From Octopus bimaculoides (Eukaryota), in the NCBI RefSeq assembly GCF_001194135.2, contig NC_068983.1:28643373-28701097 (forward strand): 57,725 bases of DNA. Direction: 5' to 3'. Positions 48,161-57,725 of this stretch are shown piece by piece; the first letter of the stretch is position 1, and every line of letters starts with the position of its first letter. A program made the translations under genes and the position numbers. Below the pieces are notes generated by a model, which saw only the letters and a program-made list of their open reading frames with translations, did not search any database and was not told the DNA's origin.

Positions 48161-48580
48161 GGACGCATGTGAGGCTGTGTGGTAAGAAGCTTGCTTCCCA
48201 ACTACATGGTTCCGGGTTCAGTCCCACTGCACGGCACCTTGGGCAAGTGTCTTATACTATAGCTTCAGGCCGACCAAAGCCTTGTGAGTGGATTTGGTAG
48301 AAGGAAACTGAAAGAAGCTCATTGTATATATATGTGTGTATGTGTGCATGTGTGTGTATTTATGTATGTGTGTCTGTGTTTGTCCACCCACTCGCCATTG
48401 CTTGACAACCATTGCTGGTGTGTTTACATCCCAGAAACTTAGCAGTTCATCAAAAAGACAATAGAATAAGTATTAAGCTTGAAAAATAAGTCCTGGGGTC
48501 GATTTGTTCAGGTAAAACCCTTCAATGCAGTGCTCCAGCATGGCTGCAGTCAAATGACTGAAACAAGTAAAGGAATAAAA
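48161..48580 (+). mobile_element. SINE family A (full length)
   Basis: Head, internal microsatellite and tail are homologous to 1890-2332. Confidence 0.9.
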
Positions 48581-49512
48581 CAATGTGGAACAATAGTTAT
48601 AGAGACTCATAAAGACCCTAGTTTCTTGGTGGAAAGGATTTGCATGTTATTTCGGGGTCGATAAATTAAGTACCAGTGACATACTGGAGTCAATCTAATT
48701 GACTGGCCCCCTCCCCAAAAATTTTGGGCCTTGTACCTAGAGTAGAAAAGAATATTCCAGATTGCAAATTGCCAGTCTGCTTGTTAAAACCAAGGAGTCA
48801 AGTCCAGTGGCCAAAACAGAGGTTAGTTAGTTTTACCATAATATAAGGACACACATGAAAGGGTCAGTTGTGTTAGGGGACATATGTGTGTAGAACACAC
48901 AAATCCTGAAACTGGATGAACAATTGTTAGAATACACCTCAAAGGATTTCATCAAAGACAAACAGACAGACAAACAGACATTCACCTATCCAGCCACCAC
49001 TGCTGCCACCACCGTTGCCACCTCCACTACCACTACTATCACCACCATCATCATCATCATTATATAATGTCCATGTTCCATGCTGGCACGAGTTGGACAG
49101 TTTGACAGTATCATGTAAAAGTGAAAGAGAGAGCAACTGATGCGAATGAAAGTGAACATGTAGAGTTACAAACATGGAGTGTTCCAGAACTTATGGAAAA
49201 AAAATGAGTAAATAAAATAATTTGTTAAATAAGAATGTCAAACAATATACAGGCTTCTGGTTGTGAATTGGTTGGGAAAGATTATATTAATTCCAGTTCA
49301 ATGAAAATACTAAAAGCTAAATTGCTTAAATTTCTTCTGTTTTTGCAACAAAAATAAATATTTTACCTGTAAAGTAAAGCAGGTTGTTTTGAGATCTACT
49401 TCACAGCTCAACTGTTATTATATCTACAATATATAAAAACTGAACTAAACCATAAAATGTCACTCCAGTACAATATTGTCATATTGTAATATTTAAATTC
49501 TAGGTTATTGCA

Positions 49513-49975
49513 TTCTCTTTTACTCTTTTACTTGTTTCAGTCTTTTGACTGTGGCCATGTTGGAGCACCGCCTTTAGTCGAGCAAATCGACCCCAGGACT
49601 TATTCTTTGGAAGCCTGATACTTATTCTATCGGTCTCTTTTGCNNNNNNNNNNCCCAGGACTTATTCTTTGGAAGCCTGATACTTATTCTATCGGTCTCT
49701 TTTGCCGAACCGCTAAGTTACGGGGACGTAAACACACCAGCATCGGTTGTCAAGCGATGTTGGGGGACAAACACAGACACATACATACATACATATATAC
49801 ATATACATATATACGATGGGCGTCTTTCAGTTTCCGTCTACCAAATCCACTCACAAGGCTTTGGTCAGCCCGAGGCTATAGTAGAAGTCACTTGCCCAAG
49901 GTGCCACGCAGTGGGACTGAACCCGGAACCATGTGGTTGGTAAGCAAGCTACTTACCACATAGCCACTCCTGCGC
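49513..49975 (-). mobile_element. SINE family A (full length, young)
   Basis: Reverse complement of family A with CpGs retained. About 50 bp is duplicated across a 10-N gap at 49644. Confidence 0.92.
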
Positions 49976-50139
49976 ATTCTTTATAACAAGCACATGACTA
50001 CCAATACTATCTTTACACTAAACAAAAACAAAAAAAAGAAATGAAAGCTCACCTCCAAAGTACTGCTGATTGAGTTGGAGAATAATAAGGAACTTACCAT
50101 CCTTGTTTCAAGGTTTACTTTATTGAAAGGTGAGGAATA

Positions 50140-50382
50140 AGGGGAATTGGATACAGTGTGCACCAGAGAAGACTCTGCTGGTTTGGCAAATAGATGCTGG
50201 ATGCAAATAAATGTCAACAGCCCCATAAAGAAGTGCCAATCACTCAAAGTGGATGACACTCATAGAAGAGGAAGACTCGAGTAGACATAGGACAAGGTAT
50301 TGAAGGGCAATCACAGGACACTGAACTTTTTGAAGGGAATGACAAAGGACTGAGATATCTGGTGCTTTGCTGTACACAAGAA
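50140..50382 (+). pseudogene. Old RTE LINE C-terminal fragment
   Basis: Decayed RRLCWFG ... IKKCQSLKVDDTHRRGRLE*T*DKVLKGNHRTLNFLKGMTKD*DIW. Confidence 0.7.
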
Positions 50383-50459
50383 GAACTATCCTCCACAGCA
50401 GAACTATCCTCCACAGCAGAACTATCCTCCACAGCAGAACTATCCTCCACAGCAGAACT
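50383..50459. repeat. Perfect 18-bp tandem repeat (GAACTATCCTCCACAGCA), ~4.3 copies
   Basis: Identical units start at 50383, 50401, 50419 and 50437. Confidence 0.97.
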
Positions 50460-51784
50460 GGAAAAGTCATTTTCCCTGTTGAAGGGGATTGGCCTGCAAG
50501 AGTACCCCCCCCCCCAATTTCAAGGAATGAATCCAATCTGGATTCTTTCAGTTTATTTGTTCATAAAAATACTGAATATGCAAACACATTGTTTACAAGT
50601 TGTATACATAAAATCTTGGCCAAAACATCTAGCTTATATTCTATAGTACAACATAGTAATATTTAAATATATATAAAGTTGGCCAGCTGGCAGATTTATT
50701 AGCATGCCAAGCAAAATTCTTAGCAGCATTTCATCCATCTCTAACAACCTGAGTTTAAATTCTACTAAGGTCAAATTTACCTTTCATCCTTTCATTGATT
50801 TTTATCACTCTCAGTACATGTTTTCCGATTGCAATGTCTTCAGATTGACACCCAAACACTCTGAAATGTTCATATTGGTGCTTCTGGCATGAATGCCAAG
50901 CAGTACTTCATGAAATAAGAACCACTTGAGTATTGGGGGTCGAAGTAATCGACTAACTCCCTCCCCAGGACTTGCCAGCCTTGTGCCAAAATTTAAAACA
51001 AATATTTAAATATATATGTCTTGTGTTGAAATCACAGACCAATATTTAACAAAAATTATCATCATATGGAATGTCCTTCATTTGTAATCTCCCATGAAAA
51101 TATGTCCTGAAATTGTGCTACCTGTGTTCAAAGCTCTAGAGGATATACTACTTTGCTTGTAAACAGATAAGGGTTAACAACAGGAAGACCACCCGACCAT
51201 AGTAATTCTGCTTGAATGAATTTTGCCTGCCTCATGCAAGCATGGAAAATGAGCATTAAAATGATGACAAAGATGAAGGTGATGGTGGTGGTGGTTGTGG
51301 TGGTGGNNNNNNNNNNNNNNNNNNNNNTGGTGGTGGTGGTGGTGGTGGTGGTGGTTTTGGAATACATGACACAGAAAGGAATAAAATATAAGAAACACAT
51401 AGAGAACCTTCTGTAAGCAGAATATATAATCCAATTTAGATTTTCTGGTTTTAGTTATTTCCCTTCAGTTGCGTTCCAAATACTTTTAGAAAAGGTTATA
51501 AATATTAGAATTTCCTGTTTCAATAAAAATCAATAGAACCAATATCCCATTGAAAGATAGCTCTGATAACAACTATCTTGCATATTGTGACTATTTATCA
51601 TAAGAGCATTAAATATATGAAATATCTACAGAATCATATTGCTCATACTATGTGAATGCAGGTATAGCTACGCAGTTAAGATGTTCAAAATCATATGGTT
51701 TCAGGTTCAGTCCCAGAATGCAGGACCTAAATCATTTCAGCCGCTAACATCCCAAATGAGATATTTTTGTAGGACATATAGGTG

Positions 51785-52160
51785 CGGCTGCGGTTGTGTG
51801 GTAAGAAGCTTGCTTCCCAAACACATGTTCTTGGGTTCAGTCCACTGCAAGTGTATTCTACTTTCGCCTCAGGCTGACCAAAGCCTTGAGTGGATGGAAC
51901 ATGGTAGATGGAAACTGAAAGAAGCCCATCATGTGTGTGTGTATATATGTTTGCCCCACCCCACCCCACTGCAGCTTGACAGTGTGTACATCCATGTAAC
52001 TTTATGGTTCAGCAAGTGTGGCTGATAAAATAATTACCAGGCCTAAAGCAAAAACAATTAGAGCTGGGGACAATTCCTTCAGCTAAAATAAAATTGTTTA
52101 AGGTGGTGCCCCAGCGTGGCTGCAGCCCAATGATTGAAACAGCAGAGATAAAAACAATAA
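51785..52160 (+). mobile_element. Diverged SINE family A
   Basis: GGTTGTGTGGTAAGAAGCTTGCTTCCC head and a degenerate tail. Confidence 0.8.
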
Positions 52161-52257
52161 GAAATATGTTTCTAAAGCTACATTTTTCAGCTTAATCTTA
52201 CATATCTTTTATCTTAGAGTTGTTAAGGAAATTTGATGCCTATGTCTAGCAATTTTT

Positions 52258-53035
52258 GACAACCACATGGTTCCGGGTTCATTCCCACTACATGACACCT
52301 TGAGCAAGTGTCTTCTACTATAGCCTCGGGCTGACCAAAGCCTTGTGAGTGGAGTTGGTAGACAGAAACTGAAAGAAGCCCGTCGTAAATATGTATGTAT
52401 ATATATATATATATNNNNNNNNNNNNNNNNNNNNNNNNNNNNNNNNNNNNNNNNNNNNNNNNNNNNNNNNNNNNNNNNNNNNNNNNNNNNNNNNNNNNNN
52501 NNNNNNNNNNNNNNNNNNNNNNNNNNNNNNNNNNNNNNNNNNNNNNNNNNNNNNNNNNNNNNNNNNNNNNNNNNNNNNNNNNNNNNNNNNNNNNNNNNNN
52601 NNNNNNNNNNNNNNNNNNNNNNNNNNNNNNNNNNNNNNNNNNNNNNNNNNNNNNNNNNNNNNNNNNNNNNNNNNNNNNNNNNNNNNNNNNNNNNNNNNNN
52701 NNNNNNNNNNNNNNNNNNNNNNNNNNNNNNNNNNNNNNNNNNNNNNNNNNNNNNNNNNNNNNNNNNNNNNNNNNNNNNNNNNNNNNNNNNNNNNNNNNNN
52801 NNNNNNNNNNNNNNNNNNNNNNNNNGTGTGTGTGTGTATGTTTGTGTGTCAGTGTTTGTCCCCCCAACATCACTTGACAACCAATGCTGATGTGTTTACA
52901 TCCCCGTTACTTAGTGGTTCGACAAAAGAGACCGATAGAATAAGTACCAAGCTTACAAGGAATAAGTCCTGGGGTCGATTTGCTCGACTAAAGGCGGTGC
53001 TCCAGCATGACTAAAACAAGTAAAAGAGTAAAAGA
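52258..53035 (+). mobile_element. SINE family A with a gap in the internal microsatellite
   Basis: Body and tail match family A. The N gap at 52415-52825 lies at the (TA)n(TG)n position. Confidence 0.88.
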
Positions 53036-53292
53036 GTAATCATATAGAGTTAACATTATCAACACCATGGGTGATGCATGTTATGCTGTGAGAAAACCTG
53101 CTATACACTGATAATAAAAAGAAGTTTGTAAAGAAGCAGGCCACACTAAAAACTATACATATGGATATATACACACATACACACAAATACATATGAATAT
53201 ACGTATGTCTGTGTATTCATATGTGTGAGTATACATACACACACATATACATATCATTATCATCATCATCGTTTAACATCTGCTTTCCATGT

Positions 53293-53560
53293 TGCACAAG
53301 CAGGAGAATCCAGTCATGGCTGTCAGACAATTCCTGCGACCACATCAGCCCTAACATCTAGCCACATAACTCCCTTGACTGCAACCCCCTTGATTATTAC
53401 ATGTTGGGTACAAAACTCCTTGTAACACCAAAGATAAACTGAAGGCAAGGATTAGGGCAGCATTCGCCAACTTAAACAAGGAGACCATCCAGAAGAGTTG
53501 CAGGAGATGACAAAGTCATCTGCAGGCGATGGTTGAAGCCAATGGCGATTTTATTGAAAA
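53293..53560 (+). pseudogene. Fossil Tc1/mariner transposase C-terminus (DD37D/maT-like)
   Basis: CTSRRIQSWLSDNSCDHISPNI*PHNSLDCNPLDYY ... TPCNTKDKLKARIRAAFANLNKETIQKSCRR*QSHLQAMVEANGDFIE resembles the WPPNSPDCNPLDYxVW / xEAxGxxIE motifs. Confidence 0.8.
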
Positions 53561-53789
53561 AACTTACTCTTTAGTATTTCAAGATATTTTAATGAAATTT
53601 TGGTAAATAAATCTGTTAAAATGAGATGTCAGTGTTATTTTCATATTTGCATAATATATATTATACACGCATTTCTTCATTTCCAATTCTCAGCACGTAA
53701 AAAGTATCCAGTGGTTGCCATTTGGGTATCAAACCATAAGAACAATGCCTAAACTGACCTCGCTTGTTCTTGTGCCACATAAAAAGCTC

Positions 53790-53958
53790 TCAGTCCATTC
53801 TGAGTGGGTGAGTGGTTGGTATCAGGAAGGACATCCAACTGTAAAAACCCTGCCAAAAGACACAGAAGTCTGATGCAAGCTCCTGGTTGGCCAGCTCCTG
53901 TCAAAACCATCCAACTCATGCTAGCATGAGAGATGGACATTAAATGATGGTGATGATG

Positions 53959-53960
<2 letters not shown>
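53790..53960 (+). mobile_element. RTE LINE 3' end (related subfamily) with (GAT)n tail
   Basis: GTGGTTGGTATCAGGAAGGACATCCAACTGTAAAAACC ... CATGCTAGCATGAGAGATGGACATTAAATGATG. Confidence 0.75.
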
Positions 53961-54005
<45 letters not shown>

Positions 54006-54154
54006 AACAGAATGGACTGAGTGGAGCAGGAGCGCACAAGAGGAAGTAAAGTGTTGCCGAAGAGGTCACAGATGTGTGATCAATGATTTTCGGACAATAG
54101 ACGCAAGTTAGAATAAGAAAAGTAATAAATGAGTAAAGTGCATGTCTTTATTTG

Positions 54155-54610
54155 GCAGTAGGAGTGGCTGTGTGGTAAGTAGCTTGCTTACCAACCACAT
54201 GGTCCTGGGTTCAGTCACACTGCGTGGCCTCGGGCCGACCAAAGCCTTGTGAGTGGATTTGGTAGACGGAAACTGAAAGAAGCCCGTCGTATATATGTAT
54301 ATATGTGTGTGTATATGTTTGTGTTTCTGTGTTTGTCCCCATCACCATTGCTTCACAACCGATGGTGGTGTGTTTACGTCCCCGTAACTTAGCGGTTCGG
54401 CAAAAGAGACCGATAGAATAAGAACTAGGCTTACAAAGAATAAGTCCTGGGATCGATTCGCTTGACTAAAGGCGCTGCTCCAGCANNNNNNNNNNNNNNN
54501 NNNNNNNNNNNNNNNNNNNNNNNNNNNNNNNNNNNNNNNNNNNNNNNNNNNNNNNNNNNNNNNNNNNNNNNNNNNNNNNNNNNNNNNNNNNNNAAAGAGT
54601 GAAAGAGTCA
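54155..54610 (+). mobile_element. SINE family A (young, small internal deletion, gap near tail)
   Basis: Close match to family A, lacking ACCTTGGGCAAGTGTCTTCTACTATAG after TGCGTGG. Confidence 0.92.
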
Positions 54611-54679
54611 AAGAGTCCTAAAATATAGCAATATCTGTTTCAACACATGGTTTCCCATCAGGAATCTTGCAACACATAT

Positions 54680-54718
<39 letters not shown>

Positions 54719-56674
54719 CCCACACATATGCAGAAGTACTTCTGTTCTACACTGTGTTCTGCAAGAAATATGCATTGTTTAATTAGTAACAAGCCATGAA
54801 GAGTACAAATATGTAAGTCAAGCTATCCACTATAAAGACAGCTGAACTTCTGACTGCGTTATATCGCAGTTGAACATGCTATCCTATTAACTTGGGGAAG
54901 GAAACTGGTTGTGTCTTTTCTCAAGAATGATCCACAAACCTTGAAATAGCTTATCAAGAGACCTCTCACTAATACTGTTGCACATCAAAAGCATAGAAAG
55001 AACATATTTATATTCCTATTTTTTTCCACCGCTAAGCTTATATATATATGTGTGTGTGTGTCATCATCATCATCATGTNNNNNNNNNNNNNNNNNNNNNN
55101 NNNNNNNNNNNNNNNNNNNNNNNNNNNNNNNNNNNNNNNNNNNNNNNNNNNNNNNNNNNNNNNNNNNNNNNNNNNNNNNNNNNNNNNNNNNNNNNNNNNN
55201 NNNNNNNNNNNNNNNNNNNNNNNNNNNNNNNNNNNNNNNNNNNNNNNNNNNNNNNNNNNNNNNNNNNNNNNNNNNNNNNNNNNNNNNNNNNNNNNNNNNN
55301 NNNNNNNNNNNNNNNNNNNNNNNNNNNNNNNNNNNNNNNNNNNNNNNNNNNNNNNNNNNNNNNNNNNNNNNNNNNNNNNNNNNNNNNNNNNNNNNNNNNN
55401 NNNNNNNNNNNNNNNNNNNNNNNNNNNNNNNNNNNNNNNNNNNNNNNNNNNNNNNNNNNNNNNNNNNNNNNNNNNNNNNNNNNNNNNNNNNNNNNNNNNN
55501 NNNNNNNNACACAATTATTCATGACCTTACTCTGTTGGGACTTCTGTTATTAAATTTCAGCACAACAACTTGTATTATTATTATTATATAAATTTTTTAC
55601 AGTTATGTTTTTCGTAAGAATATGCATTTTTTTTCTTAACTTCAACAGTTGAGTGGTAAATAGTGATCTCTAGCAAACATTAATAAATACTAAACTAGTT
55701 GGGTAATCTTTTTTGCTTAATCGTTGAAGCTCATGTGGTTTGTCTGCAGGTGATATTGTCACAGTTTGATGTATGTTTATTGAACACACGAATGTGATTT
55801 CTATATACATATTTATCCATAAATATGCTCTATTGGAAATTTTGTTACTAGTTTGTATACACACATGTACAGAGAGCGAGAGATAGAGAAATATGTTCAC
55901 AAGATAAATAGGTAGAAATTTAATTTGTTTATTCATTTTACAGAGCTTTATTTTTATGCCTGAATAGGTTGAATGACTATGTAGTGAAACGTAAAATTCA
56001 AAACGCTTTCTCTAAGTCATCAGGCTAGGGCCATACATTTATTACATGTACATTCTATTTTTTGACCAATTAGACTGCAGGAGATCATACCACAAAATTA
56101 GAACAAAAGTGAATGTCTTTGAGGTTTGCATGTTCTTCTGATGTGACAAGCAGAGCCTACAATGATCAAGTTACAGAGGTTCAAGACAACCAGACCACCA
56201 CAGAGAACACACATCTTGCAGCTCACCATAAGCCAGATCAGGGCAGAGCTTTAGCAAGATTTAGCAGACTCACATCACATCTCTTTGACTTTTACTCCAA
56301 GGCAAACACACTTAAAAATATGTTATTTCATTTCTTGCCACTAGAAAGTCAAAAATAGAAGTAGATACAAATGGAAAAAAAGAATATAAGAAGATATGAT
56401 CTCAGCAAAAGACTAGTGCTTTATTTATTGACCCATTCAATGACTGAGAGGCCAATTTGACTTCAGCTGGATTTGAATTAACAGTGTTGCTGTTGTCATT
56501 TTCTCCTTTTAACAAACTGTCCATGCATTTCCCATTTTCAAGTATATGTACAATAAGAGATCCCTTATTTGAATAACAAGTACTGGTCGATAACAGAAAT
56601 AACATACAGCTGTAAAACAATACTTAATTAAAGTTTTCATCCAACACCTCCTAACTGGGAAAACACTGAAAAAC

Positions 56675-56715
<41 letters not shown>

Positions 56716-56716
56716 A

Positions 56717-56771
<55 letters not shown>

Positions 56772-57007
56772 TTATGTATGTATGTATAATTATAGGGTGT
56801 TGCAATTCAAAAGGATCTTCGTACAGGAAGTTAGTAAGCAACAAGCATGTAAACAGCTTGAATAGATAACAAAAAGTGAATAATATACGATAAGGAAAGG
56901 TTGATAACTAAACTTTTCTATATGTATTACAAGTTAAGTTAAGCATATAAAGTGTGTTTGAAACATATGTGACCTTTATTCAACCTTTCCATTCCTTACA
57001 TTCCTTG

Positions 57008-57011
57008 AGAA

Positions 57012-57042
<31 letters not shown>

Positions 57043-57140
57043 AAGAGAGAGAGAGAAAGAGAGAGAGAGACATACAGAGACAGACAGACAGATTCAGGTA
57101 GGCAGACAGGCAGATAGACAGACAGGCAGATAGACAGAAG
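57008..57140. repeat. (GA)n/(GACA)n tract
   Basis: Directly visible. Confidence 0.95.
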
Positions 57141-57725
57141 ACAAATAAAGACCATAGGCACACAGTCAATCCACGTGGCACTTAGTATTGCATTGTATCA
57201 CTCAGACAACACCTACTAAATAGTAATGGGAGAAATGAGTACAATACATATGTAAAAATAATAACATCTTGAGAGCAGGTGAAGAACATATGAATAGATA
57301 GTTTGAGCATACACTATGTTTATGGGACCCAAAGGCCACTAGACTAAAACCTATTTATGTATAATCTTGGAAGAGTTTGAGAGTAAACTTTATCTCAAAT
57401 AGTCATTATTTATGTATTTTGTATCTATTGTAATTTGTTTTTAATACCCTGTTGGACATACTCAGTGAAGTATAAATATATTAGTAACTTGGTTATAATG
57501 TTTTATACATACACGAAAATACACATATATTTATACACACACATGCATACATGCACATACATGCATGTGTACGTATGTACACACATACATATTTATATAT
57601 ATGTACATATACATGGCAAATGGAAGACAGAAGATGGAGTATACGAGAATTTATTAATCACAACAATTGTTATGACACACCTAGCAAGCTACCAGGTGTA
57701 AACCATTCGTTTTATTATCCAATAT

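Noticed and set aside
50383-50459. Possible CRISPR-like array (also 22215-22298 and 45469-45730)
   Set aside because: Eukaryotic context, units are contiguous without unique spacers, and there are no cas genes.
56113-56620. Two protein-like ORFs (81 aa on +, 72 aa on -)
   Set aside because: Unrecognised, short, on opposite strands and without a consistent splice structure. Not excluded, but unsupported.

Overview
AT-rich, microsatellite- and transposon-saturated animal genomic DNA from a gappy short-read scaffold (14 N-runs). The repeat repertoire points to a coleoid cephalopod, most likely Octopus; this is an inference, not proven. That repertoire comprises tRNA-derived CORE-type SINEs, a SINE with an internal (TA)n(TG)n tract, and RTE LINEs with (GAT)n tails. 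I find no confidently supportable host protein-coding gene, so the window looks intronic or intergenic. Nearly all ORFs in the track are microsatellite or N-gap artefacts. The only recognisable protein sequences are dead transposon remnants: several RTE-clade reverse transcriptase fragments, one mariner transposase and one DD37D/maT-like transposase. Best leads: (1) a hammerhead ribozyme motif with a complete catalytic core at 17327-17416, plus two homologous degenerate minimal hammerheads in a dispersed Penelope-LTR-like repeat (6497-6532, 18942-18977); (2) a C4HC3 PHD finger inserted inside the RT domain of the RTE LINE (44488-44619, with an independent older copy at 40726-40851); (3) a textbook recursive-splice-site/RS-exon motif on the minus strand (3845-3910); (4) inverted SINE pairs that would be ADAR substrates if transcribed; (5) an element sitting inside an (AAT)n tract. 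Several duplications beside gaps are probably assembly artefacts.
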